Shown here: piece after piece, positions 7,374 to 14,586 of the stretch
How the letters are laid out: every line of letters starts with the position of its first letter
Position numbering within the stretch: position 1 is the first letter of the stretch
Assembly (NCBI GenBank): GCA_041666945.1
Contig: JBAYFY010000002.1
Span: 192,701 to 212,810 of the forward strand
Direction: 5' to 3'
Length of the DNA: 20,110 nt
Source of the DNA: Candidatus Buchananbacteria bacterium
Lineage (GTDB): Bacteria; Patescibacteriota; Patescibacteriia; 2-01-FULL-39-33
Notes under the pieces: model-generated
What the model saw: only the letters and a program-made list of their open reading frames with translations
Databases searched by the model: none
What the model was told of the DNA's origin: nothing
Made by a program: the position numbers and the translations under genes

Positions 7374-10013
7374 TTACTTTTTATCCTTAATCACTGCTTG
7401 GGCCGCGGCTAACCGAGCAATAGGCACACGGAAAGGCGAGCAAGAGACGTAGTTAAAACCTTCGCGGTGGCAGAAATTGACGGTCTTGGGTTCGCCGCCA
7501 TGTTCACCACAGATGCCGATCTTGAGGTCTTCTTTGGCGCTTCTGCCCTTTTTGATGGCGATGCGAATGAGCTCGCCAATACCTTCCTGATCCAAAACCT
7601 CAAACGGATCATATTCAAAAATTCCCTGCGCCACATATTCCTTCAAGAATTTTCCGGCGTCGTCGCGGGACAGGCCCGCGCCCATCTGCGTCAAGTCGTT
7701 AGTGCCGAAAGAGAAAAACTCGGCTCCGGCTTCCACGATTTTGTCGGCGATTAACGCCGCGCGCGGCACTTCAATCATTGTACCGATTTTGTATTTTAAC
7801 TGGCTGCCGCTGGCGGCCAATTTTTCCTCCACCACTTTAACGATGCGCTCCTTGAGAATGGAGAATTCTTTGACCGAGGCCACTAAAGGAATCATGATTT
7901 CCGGTTCAACTTTAATCCCCTCTTTTTCTACGGCGATCGCCGCTTCAATCACGGCTGTGGCCTGCATGTCATTGATTTCCGGATAAGTGATGGCCAAACG
8001 GCAGCCGCGATGACCTAACATCGGATTAAATTCGTGCAAATCATCAATCTTGGCTTTCAGAACCTCAATCGGCACATTCATCTCGGCGGAGAGATCGGCA
8101 ATATCTTTTTCTTCTTTGGGCAAGAATTCATGCAGCGGCGGATCCAAGAAACGAATAGTTACGGCCTGGCCGTCCATGGCTTTAAACAATCCGATGAAAT
8201 CCTCTTTTTGGTACGGTAAAATCTTGGCTAAGGCCTTTTCCCGGCCGGCCACATCAGAAGCCAGAATCATTTCTCTGACGGCTTTAATCCTGTCGCCCTC
8301 AAAAAACATATGCTCGGTGCGGCACAAACCGATGCCTTCGGCGCCGAATTTTCTGGCGACCGCGGCATCATGGGGAGTATCGGCATTGGTGCGGACTTTG
8401 AGTTTTCTGACTTCATCAGCCCAGCCCATTAAAGTGCCGAAGTTGCCGGAAAGTTCCGGATCCTTAGTGCCTAATTTGCCGTTATATACCTCTCCGGTAG
8501 CGCCGTCTAAAGAAATAAATTCTCCTTCTTTAAGAATCAATCCGCTATCTTTAACGGTTACGGTCTTGGCTTTTTCGTCAATAATAATGTCAGCGCAACC
8601 GGCCACGCAACAAGTGCCCATGCCGCGAGCCACCACAGCCGCGTGCGAGGTCATGCCGCCTCGGGCGGTCAAAATGCCTTTGGCCGAATGCATGCCATCA
8701 ATATCTTCAGGGGAGGTCTCCACGCGGACCAAAACAACATCCAAGCCGGCTTGGGCTTTGGCATACGCTTCAGCGGCGGTGAAAACGATTTCACCCACAG
8801 CGGCGCCGGGCGAGGCCGGCAAACCGCGAGCAATGACTTCACCTTCGGTCTTGGCTAAGGGATCTAATTGTTTATGTAATAATTGGTTTAATTGGTTCGG
8901 TTCCACGCGCATTAACGCTTCATCTTTGGAGATCGCGCCCTCGCTGACCAACTCCACAGCAATACGCACAGCGGCCGCGGCAGTCCGTTTGCCGTTTCTG
9001 GTTTGCAAGATGAATAATCGGCCTTGTTGAATGGTGAATTCCATGTCTTGCATGTCGCGGTAATGCTTTTCTACCGTGTTGCAAGTGTCCACTAATTCTT
9101 TATAGATAGTCGGATTTTGTTGTTCCAAAGTAGCCACGGTAAGCGGGGTGCGAATGCCGGCGACCACGTCTTCGCCTTGCGCGTTCATCAAATATTCGCC
9201 ATAGAACTTGGCTTCGCCGGTGGACGGGTTGCGGGTAAAGCAAACGCCGGTGCCTGAATCCTCGCCCAAATTGCCGAACACCATGGTTTGGATATTGACG
9301 GCCGTGCCGATTAATCCTTTGATATCATTAATCTGGCGATAACGGACGGCGCGATAGTTGTTCCAAGAATTGAAAACCGCGTTAATGGCGGCATATAATT
9401 GATCAATCGGATCCTGCGGGAAATCCACGCCTTTGACTTCTTTGATTTTGGTTTTGTATTGTGAGACGACTTCCTGCAAATCCTCGGCAGTCAAATCGGT
9501 GTCGTATTTGGCTCCTTTAGTGTCTTTAATATTTTCTAAAATATGTTCAAATCCGGCGTGCTCTACTTCCATCACCACATTGCCGAACATTTGGATTAAG
9601 CGGCGGTAGGAATCCCAAGCAAAGCGGGCATTGCCGGTCTTGGTGGCCAAGCCCAAAACCGATTGGTCGTTCAAGCCCAAGTTTAAAATTGTGTCCATCA
9701 TGCCCGGCAAAGAGGCCGCGGCGCCTGATCTGACCGAAACCAAAAGCGGATCGTTGGCATCGCCCAATGTCTTGGACATTTTTTCTTCCAACTCTTTGAG
9801 CTTAGCGTTAACCTGCTCTTTGACCTCGTCAGTAATCTGCTTGCCAGCTTTGTAATACAAATCGCAAACCTCGGTGGTAATAGTAAATCCCGGGGGCACG
9901 TTAATGCCCAGCCCTGACATTTCCGCCAAGTTGGCACCTTTGCCGCCGAGAAGTTCTTTCATGCTTTTATCCCCCTCTTCAAAGGAATAAACGTACTTTT
10001 TCACATCAGACAT
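7374..10013 (-). CDS. ppdK: Pyruvate, phosphate dikinase
   Basis: An 879-aa protein with the N-terminus MSDVKKYVYSFEEGDKSMKELLGGKGANLAEMSGLGINVPPGFTITTE. It has the phospho-His motif GGMTSHAAVVARGMG and the PEP-utilising C-terminal domain with GICGEHGG. Confidence 0.92.
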   Translation of the reverse strand: MSDVKKYVYSFEEGDKSMKELLGGKGANLAEMSGLGINVPPGFTITTEVCDLYYKAGKQITDEVKEQVNAKLKELEEKMSKTLGDANDPLLVSVRSGAAASLPGMMDTILNLGLNDQSVLGLATKTGNARFAWDSYRRLIQMFGNVVMEVEHAGFEHILENIKDTKGAKYDTDLTAEDLQEVVSQYKTKIKEVKGVDFPQDPIDQLYAAINAVFNSWNNYRAVRYRQINDIKGLIGTAVNIQTMVFGNLGEDSGTGVCFTRNPSTGEAKFYGEYLMNAQGEDVVAGIRTPLTVATLEQQNPTIYKELVDTCNTVEKHYRDMQDMEFTIQQGRLFILQTRNGKRTAAAAVRIAVELVSEGAISKDEALMRVEPNQLNQLLHKQLDPLAKTEGEVIARGLPASPGAAVGEIVFTAAEAYAKAQAGLDVVLVRVETSPEDIDGMHSAKGILTARGGMTSHAAVVARGMGTCCVAGCADIIIDEKAKTVTVKDSGLILKEGEFISLDGATGEVYNGKLGTKDPELSGNFGTLMGWADEVRKLKVRTNADTPHDAAVARKFGAEGIGLCRTEHMFFEGDRIKAVREMILASDVAGREKALAKILPYQKEDFIGLFKAMDGQAVTIRFLDPPLHEFLPKEEKDIADLSAEMNVPIEVLKAKIDDLHEFNPMLGHRGCRLAITYPEINDMQATAVIEAAIAVEKEGIKVEPEIMIPLVASVKEFSILKERIVKVVEEKLAASGSQLKYKIGTMIEVPRAALIADKIVEAGAEFFSFGTNDLTQMGAGLSRDDAGKFLKEYVAQGIFEYDPFEVLDQEGIGELIRIAIKKGRSAKEDLKIGICGEHGGEPKTVNFCHREGFNYVSCSPFRVPIARLAAAQAVIKDKK

Positions 10014-10147
10014 AGTTTATATGATTATTAGTTTTAATCAATTGACGTCATCCTCGGAATTTTTGCGGTGAGCAAAGCGAACTAAAAAATGTCCGGGGAT
10101 CCATTTAGTTTGTAGAAAAATATATTGAAACCTTATAGTTTTATAAA

Positions 10148-10166
10148 GGGGGAGAAAATCTCCCCA
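10148..10166 (-). terminator. Hairpin downstream of the 133-aa ORF (weak terminator)
   Basis: GGGGAGA aaa TCTCCCC is a perfect 7-bp stem. On the minus strand it is followed by CUUUAUAAAA. Confidence 0.4.
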
Positions 10167-10171
10167 AAAGT

Positions 10172-10573
10172 TCATTTTGCTTCTTCACCTTCCGGCTGAT
10201 AATCAAGCACGCCCGTGGCATGCTTTTTGTCGGCATAAAGAGTCATGCGATTATTAGCAATAAACAAATGACCAAAAAGATGGACGCATTCGTCATTAAC
10301 CATCAACCACTTAGCCACCTTGGGATATCTCTGAGCGGAAAAAGTCGCTTCCAATTCATAAACTTTGGTGAATTTTTCCTCACGCAATAATTCACACTTT
10401 TTGAATGTTAATTCCACCTCTTCTTGGCCATAATATAATGGCCCAATCCAAAAGTGGGCGGTGAACCTAATGGCTTGTGAGCCAACGTCTTTCAGGATAT
10501 TGATCAATAGAACATCAAGCACATTCATTGGCGGACAAAAACATAAACGCCTCGGTTCATCCTGTTCGGGCAT
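10172..10573 (-). CDS. Hypothetical protein, 133 aa (unrecognised), second gene of a coupled pair
   Basis: ATG 10573 (MPEQDEPRRLCFCPP...) is preceded by AAGGAGG at a 7-nt spacing, and that SD lies inside the end of the upstream ORF. The GC content is about 39%, against about 48% for neighbouring genes. No family recognised. Confidence 0.55.
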   Translation of the reverse strand: MPEQDEPRRLCFCPPMNVLDVLLINILKDVGSQAIRFTAHFWIGPLYYGQEEVELTFKKCELLREEKFTKVYELEATFSAQRYPKVAKWLMVNDECVHLFGHLFIANNRMTLYADKKHATGVLDYQPEGEEAK

Positions 10574-10787
10574 TGTCGACCTCCTTTGGTTCATATGTCC
10601 AATGAATCCCATCTCTAACTAGAGATAAAATCCTATAAGTTCCTTTGGGAAATTCATACTCTCCCCTTATAACCTCATTAAAATCATCTCTTAGAAAGAC
10701 AACCACATAGCCGCCATGCTTACCCTCTTTGGGTTGCATTTCTAACATTCGATCATAATATTTTGCTAATTTTTCAGACATTAGCAT
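10557..10787 (-). CDS. Hypothetical protein, 76 aa (unrecognised), first gene of a coupled pair
   Basis: An SD (AAAGGAG) lies 7 nt before ATG 10787. The product MLMSEKLAKYYDRMLEMQPKEGKHGGYVVVFLRDDFNEVIRGEYEFPKGTYRILSLVRDGIHWTYEPKEV looks beta-rich. It overlaps the next ORF by 17 nt and is low in GC. Confidence 0.55.
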   Translation of the reverse strand: MLMSEKLAKYYDRMLEMQPKEGKHGGYVVVFLRDDFNEVIRGEYEFPKGTYRILSLVRDGIHWTYEPKEVDNARTG

Positions 10788-10835
10788 GCTACATCTCCTT
10801 TGTTTAGTTTAAAGAGCTGAAAATAAAATGACAGG

Positions 10836-10890
10836 TACGCAGGATTTGCGCGCCCATCACTCCTGCCTACCAGTAGGCAGGCGACGAAAT
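10836..10890 (-). promoter_or_regulatory. GC-rich palindromic leader element upstream of the 76-aa ORF
   Basis: CCTGCCTAC ca GTAGGCAGG forms a 9-bp stem, with adjacent GCAGGA ...16 nt... TCCTGC offering an alternative pairing for the same GGCAGG. It forms a GC island in an AT-rich spacer and is related to the element at 19597-19646. Confidence 0.35.
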
Positions 10891-10903
10891 AATATTTGAG
10901 TAA

Positions 10904-11854
10904 TTACTTCTCTATTTCTTTTTTCGTGAGTAGGCCTTTTTGCGCTCCAATGTGAGCTACGACCGAGGCGGAATTCTTAATGCCCCAGGTGAGCGCTTCT
11001 TTTATGTTTTTATCATAAACCAAAGCCGAAGTCAAGGCCGAACCGAAAGCGTCGCCCACGCCCAGAGTATTGATCGGCTTAACCGATTTGGCTTTCATAT
11101 AGTACTGCCTCTTGTCGTCTATGGCGTAAGCGCCGTTAGCGCCGTCGGTGATGACCGCCAATCGCGGTCCAAGCGATTTAAGATGAGCCAATAACCCCTT
11201 CATGTCTTTCAATTTTTTAAATTCCAAGGCCTCGTCATGATTGACAATCAACACCTCTATTTTCTTCAGATATTTCTTGACGGCTGTAATATCTTTGAGC
11301 TGTTCATTGCCCGGGTTCCAGGCGATTTTTTTGCCGCTGGCTACTAATTTGTCCATGATTTTTTGCCAACCGGCGGCCGGCAAAGACGTAACATAAAACC
11401 ACTTGGCATCAATGGTTAATGAGGGCAAATCCCTGTCGCTTAGGGCGATATTGGAGCCGCGATACACAAAAGCGATATGCTCCTTGCTGGGATTATCAAT
11501 AGTCAGGATGACTGTGAAGCCGGTGGGATTTTTATCATCCAATTTGATTAAGCCGATACCAACTTTATTGGCGGTAAAATTAGCCAACACCCGTTTGCCA
11601 AAATCGTCTTTGCCTACGCGACACAAAGCAGCGGTTTTTAAGCCCAAACGGGCAGCCGCAACGGCCGCATTGGAACAACCGCCGCCGAAAGTTTTAAACA
11701 CGCGGTCAGCAACGATTTTAGCGCCGTATTCAAAAGCCAAAAGCTTCTGTTTGACGGTATTGCCGGTGGAAACCAACTCCCCCTCCTTGGAATAAAAAGA
11801 AATATCCACAGTGGCGCCGCCGACCGTTATCAAGTCAAATTGTTTCTTGGGCAT
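10904..11854 (-). CDS. PfkB-family carbohydrate kinase (ribokinase-like)
   Basis: A 316-aa protein with the N-terminal substrate-lid/glycine motif (ITVGGATVD, FGGGCSNAAVAAARLG) and the C-terminal anion-hole motif (NTLGVGDAFGSAL) typical of ribokinase, adenosine kinase and PfkB enzymes. Confidence 0.8.
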   Translation of the reverse strand: MPKKQFDLITVGGATVDISFYSKEGELVSTGNTVKQKLLAFEYGAKIVADRVFKTFGGGCSNAAVAAARLGLKTAALCRVGKDDFGKRVLANFTANKVGIGLIKLDDKNPTGFTVILTIDNPSKEHIAFVYRGSNIALSDRDLPSLTIDAKWFYVTSLPAAGWQKIMDKLVASGKKIAWNPGNEQLKDITAVKKYLKKIEVLIVNHDEALEFKKLKDMKGLLAHLKSLGPRLAVITDGANGAYAIDDKRQYYMKAKSVKPINTLGVGDAFGSALTSALVYDKNIKEALTWGIKNSASVVAHIGAQKGLLTKKEIEK

Positions 11855-11886
11855 ATAATTATATTTGTTCTCTATGCTATATGGCT

Positions 11887-11915
11887 ATTTTAACAAAATT
11901 TCCCGGCTTTTACAA
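11887..11915 (-). promoter_or_regulatory. Candidate promoter for the PfkB kinase (TTGTAA-17-TGTTAAAAT)
   Basis: The minus strand reads TTGTAA AAGCCGGGAAATTTTGT TAAAAT. The hexamers and TGT are identical to those of the lepA promoter. Confidence 0.5.
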
Positions 11916-11920
11916 TAAAA

Positions 11921-12556
11921 TTAATCTAAATCTTCAACTCCAACGGCGTTTTCAATTTTGTATTCTCCCACTCTGGTACGTACCAAGTCAGACATGTAAG
12001 CGCCGGTCTTCAATACTTGACCCAAATCGCGAGCCAAAGATCTGATATACACGCCAGGACCGCAAACCACTCTGATTTTTAGATTGGGATATTCATACTC
12101 AAGCAATTCAATCTCTTTAATCGCCACCGGCCGCGCCGGCAATTCTAATTTTCGGCCTTGGCGCGCCGTTTTATAGGCCGGACGGCCGGCGACTTTAATG
12201 GCGGAAAACTGCGGCGGCACTTGTTTAATTTCCCCGATGAAACTGTTAATCGCTTCTGCTATTTCCTCCCGGCTGGGCTGATAATCGCCAATAACGGTCT
12301 TTGCGCCTTCCTCATCATCCGTATTGCTGACCGCGCCCAATTTGATATCCGCCACATATTCTTTTTCTTTGGCCACCACTTCGGAAATTGTTTTTGTCGC
12401 TTCCCGGCCGACGGCCACGACTAAAACGCCGGACGCCAACGGATCCAATGTACCGGCATGGCCGACTTTCTTGACGCCCGTCCGCCGTCTGACTTGAGCG
12501 ACAATATCAAATGAAGTCGGGCCTTTGGGTTTATTGATATTTAAAATATTTTTCAT
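11921..12556 (-). CDS. truB: tRNA pseudouridine(55) synthase TruB (short form, no PUA domain)
   Basis: A 211-aa protein with the catalytic motif KVGHAGTLDPLASGVLVVAVG, and a conserved TruB N-terminus (INKPKGPTSFD). Confidence 0.9.
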   Translation of the reverse strand: MKNILNINKPKGPTSFDIVAQVRRRTGVKKVGHAGTLDPLASGVLVVAVGREATKTISEVVAKEKEYVADIKLGAVSNTDDEEGAKTVIGDYQPSREEIAEAINSFIGEIKQVPPQFSAIKVAGRPAYKTARQGRKLELPARPVAIKEIELLEYEYPNLKIRVVCGPGVYIRSLARDLGQVLKTGAYMSDLVRTRVGEYKIENAVGVEDLD

Positions 12557-12625
12557 AAAATCAAAGCGATTTCCCCGCTACCTCCGGATCACCGGATTCC
12601 GGTAGAAATGACAATGGTAAATCTA

Positions 12626-12665
12626 ACAAAAAAGCGGACTTTATAAAAGACCGCTTTTATTTTCT
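12626..12665. terminator. Bidirectional terminator downstream of the 94-aa lipoprotein gene
   Basis: GCGGaCTTTTATAAAAGaCCGC is a palindromic stem flanked by AAAAAA and TTTTATTTT. On the minus strand it is followed by TTTTTTG. Confidence 0.5.
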
Positions 12666-12721
12666 GTCATCCCGGTCGTTTAGAACAATCACTTAATGAT
12701 CCGGGGATGGCAATATTATTG

Positions 12722-13006
12722 CTATAACCCTAAATCCTTATTGGACAAATCCTTTTGCTCAAAACCGGTGGTTTTAACCGTCTCCATGGTCGCATCCAAA
12801 TCTTTTAAGGATTGATCAATATCCGCTTCCGTTATCGCCGGCTCTTCCACCGGTTGAGTTGCTTGATTTTCAGTTGTCGGGTTTGTCTGTTCTTCAAGCT
12901 GATTGTCTGGCAAATCGTTTTTTTGCGGTAGGCCGCAACCGGCCAATAATCCGCCGGCCATAAATACCACTGATAACAAAGCTATTGATGATAAGTATTT
13001 TTTCAT
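12722..13006 (-). CDS. Small acidic lipoprotein (94 aa), hypothetical
   Basis: MKKYLSSIALLSVVFMAGGLLAG|C carries a lipobox, and the mature part is low-complexity and rich in Q, E, T and P. Its start lies 4 nt after the stop of the upstream gene. Confidence 0.6.
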   Translation of the reverse strand: MKKYLSSIALLSVVFMAGGLLAGCGLPQKNDLPDNQLEEQTNPTTENQATQPVEEPAITEADIDQSLKDLDATMETVKTTGFEQKDLSNKDLGL

Positions 13007-13010
13007 ATTT

Positions 13011-13715
13011 TTATTGCGTTAAAGTGGCGGCATCCGCGGATGATGTTGAACCGTCAAGATTAGGCATAGCCGATTGAGGGGCGGCCGGCGAAGAAGTGGC
13101 GGTACCGGCGGCCGCGGCCTTTATGGCGGCTCTGATTTTGGCTATCTCGGCTTTGATTGTCGTGTTGTAATAAGTTCTGATATCCAAAGCATCGGCATTG
13201 ACTGTTTTTAAGGCGGTTTGGGCTTCTTTCAGTTGAGTTTTGAATTGGCCGGCCGACTTGCCGCAAACTGATTCCTGGCTCTGCTTGAGCAGGGCGATAT
13301 AAGTGGCGTAATCATCGTTAAATTTCTTTATTTTTACGTCCAAAACAGCCAAATCCGCCTTAAGCGCCGTCACATCAATGCCTCGAGCCGCCAAACGATC
13401 GGCCATGCCTGACAATTTATCCTTAAGCGCCTGATAGGCCTGCATGTGCCTGACTTTGCTGTTGTCAAAGTTGGAAACTTTAATCTGAATTTTTGATTCA
13501 ATTACCGGACAACGGGCAATCGCTCCGGCCGCCACCTTTTTAATCAAATTGACGGTGGCGGTGGCTTGGGCGGCCACAGCTTGCGGCTTAGGAACCTTGC
13601 CGAACTTGAGATCCGCCGCATTCAGGGCGCCGGTGGATGATCCTGCCGCCATAACCCCCTCGGCCAGCAATAAAGGCAATAAAGCCAGAATTAACAAAAA
13701 GATTTTTTTCTTCAT
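13011..13715 (-). CDS. Secreted alpha-helical protein (234 aa), hypothetical
   Basis: The signal peptide MKKKIFLLILALLPLLLAEGVMAAG is followed by an Ala/Lys/Leu-rich, probably coiled-coil body with 2 Cys. It lies 11 nt downstream of the membrane protein gene. Confidence 0.6.
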   Translation of the reverse strand: MKKKIFLLILALLPLLLAEGVMAAGSSTGALNAADLKFGKVPKPQAVAAQATATVNLIKKVAAGAIARCPVIESKIQIKVSNFDNSKVRHMQAYQALKDKLSGMADRLAARGIDVTALKADLAVLDVKIKKFNDDYATYIALLKQSQESVCGKSAGQFKTQLKEAQTALKTVNADALDIRTYYNTTIKAEIAKIRAAIKAAAAGTATSSPAAPQSAMPNLDGSTSSADAATLTQ

Positions 13716-13726
13716 ATTTTTCTAAA

Positions 13727-14533
13727 TTACTTTTTAATCTGTTGCAAGCTCTGATACAGCAAAACCAGATAAGCCAGATACATCGGGCCCAAAACCAATT
13801 GAACCAAATCCAATAAAATCGTAGCCGTCTCCTGATTGATTAAACGCAATAAACCGATGACAAACGACACCAAAAATACCACCAACAGCCACAAAAGCAA
13901 GCGGCCGAAAACCGCCCACCAATAACCCTTCGTCAATTCCCGGCTTCGTTTAAGCGATTCAATAATCGGCTTGTCTTCAAAAATCAAAACCACGGTCGCC
14001 AAACAAAACATCACTGCCCAAAAAATACCGGGCACGATAAATAAAATCAAACCGCCGATGGTAATTAAGCCGAAAAGCAAGCCAACGACAAAATATTTAA
14101 CCCAATATTTAATCGAGCCGTTTAGCGCTTCCCGCAAATTCAATGCCCCGTCTGATTTTAAAATCAACAACTGGCCTATTACCATGGATAATGATATTAT
14201 AAGTCCTAAAACGCAGATTACAATTACAAGGAGGACTTTGCCCCATAAAGGCATGATGTCAAAACCGCCAGCCGTAACAAAAGAAAAACCCAAAGTTGAG
14301 ATAATCGGATCAGTAGCTTTGGCCGTTGCCGCCTCGCTGGCCGGCAAATAGCGGATTACTCCGAGCGCCCAAGCCAATAATGTTGCGGCGCCCATGACAA
14401 TCATGGGAATTAAAGTGAGAACGACTAACTTCTGCCAATTTTTTACATATAACCCCCAAGCGCTTTTTAATAAAGATCCGGGTTCTATTAGTATCGGCTT
14501 AATGCCTGGGTTAACGTTTGGATTGTTGTCCAT
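13727..14533 (-). CDS. Polytopic membrane protein (~6 TM), hypothetical
   Basis: Several hydrophobic helices are present (LVVLTLIPMIVMGAATLLAWALGVI, VLLVIVICVLGLIISLSMVIG, FVVGLLFGLITIGGLILFIVPGIFWAVMF, LLLWLLVVFLVSFVIGLL). The start is set at ATG 14533 (MDNNPNV) because the longer ORF-track start at 14566 would cover the predicted extended -10. Confidence 0.6.
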   Translation of the reverse strand: MDNNPNVNPGIKPILIEPGSLLKSAWGLYVKNWQKLVVLTLIPMIVMGAATLLAWALGVIRYLPASEAATAKATDPIISTLGFSFVTAGGFDIMPLWGKVLLVIVICVLGLIISLSMVIGQLLILKSDGALNLREALNGSIKYWVKYFVVGLLFGLITIGGLILFIVPGIFWAVMFCLATVVLIFEDKPIIESLKRSRELTKGYWWAVFGRLLLWLLVVFLVSFVIGLLRLINQETATILLDLVQLVLGPMYLAYLVLLYQSLQQIKK

Positions 14534-14554
14534 ATATATTTGTATTATGGCTGT

Positions 14555-14586
14555 ATTATAGCACAAACGGAAAATAACAGTAAAGT
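14555..14586 (-). promoter_or_regulatory. Candidate extended -10 promoter (TGcTATAAT) for the envelope operon
   Basis: The minus strand reads GTTTGTGCTATAAT, 21 nt upstream of ATG 14533. The -35 (TTACTG) is weak. Confidence 0.4.

Noticed and set aside
7409-9937. Multiple ORFs overlapping ppdK, including 8050-9030(+) at 326 aa
   Set aside because: They are alternate or antisense frames of a GC-skewed, confidently assigned PPDK gene. The long antisense ORF has Ser/Ala/Pro-rich low-complexity translation with no motif.
10557-10612. Possibility that the 76-aa and 133-aa ORFs are one frameshifted gene
   Set aside because: A strong AAGGAGG SD sits 7 nt before the internal ATG 10573, and the first ORF has a clean stop. 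This fits two translationally coupled genes better, although a sequencing frameshift cannot be fully excluded.
14534-14566. Longer start at 14566 for the membrane protein and at 17375 for the transglycosylase
   Set aside because: Both extensions cover the predicted -10/-35 hexamers of their own promoters. The downstream ATGs give N-termini that begin just before the first TM helix, and the ATG at 17270 has an SD.
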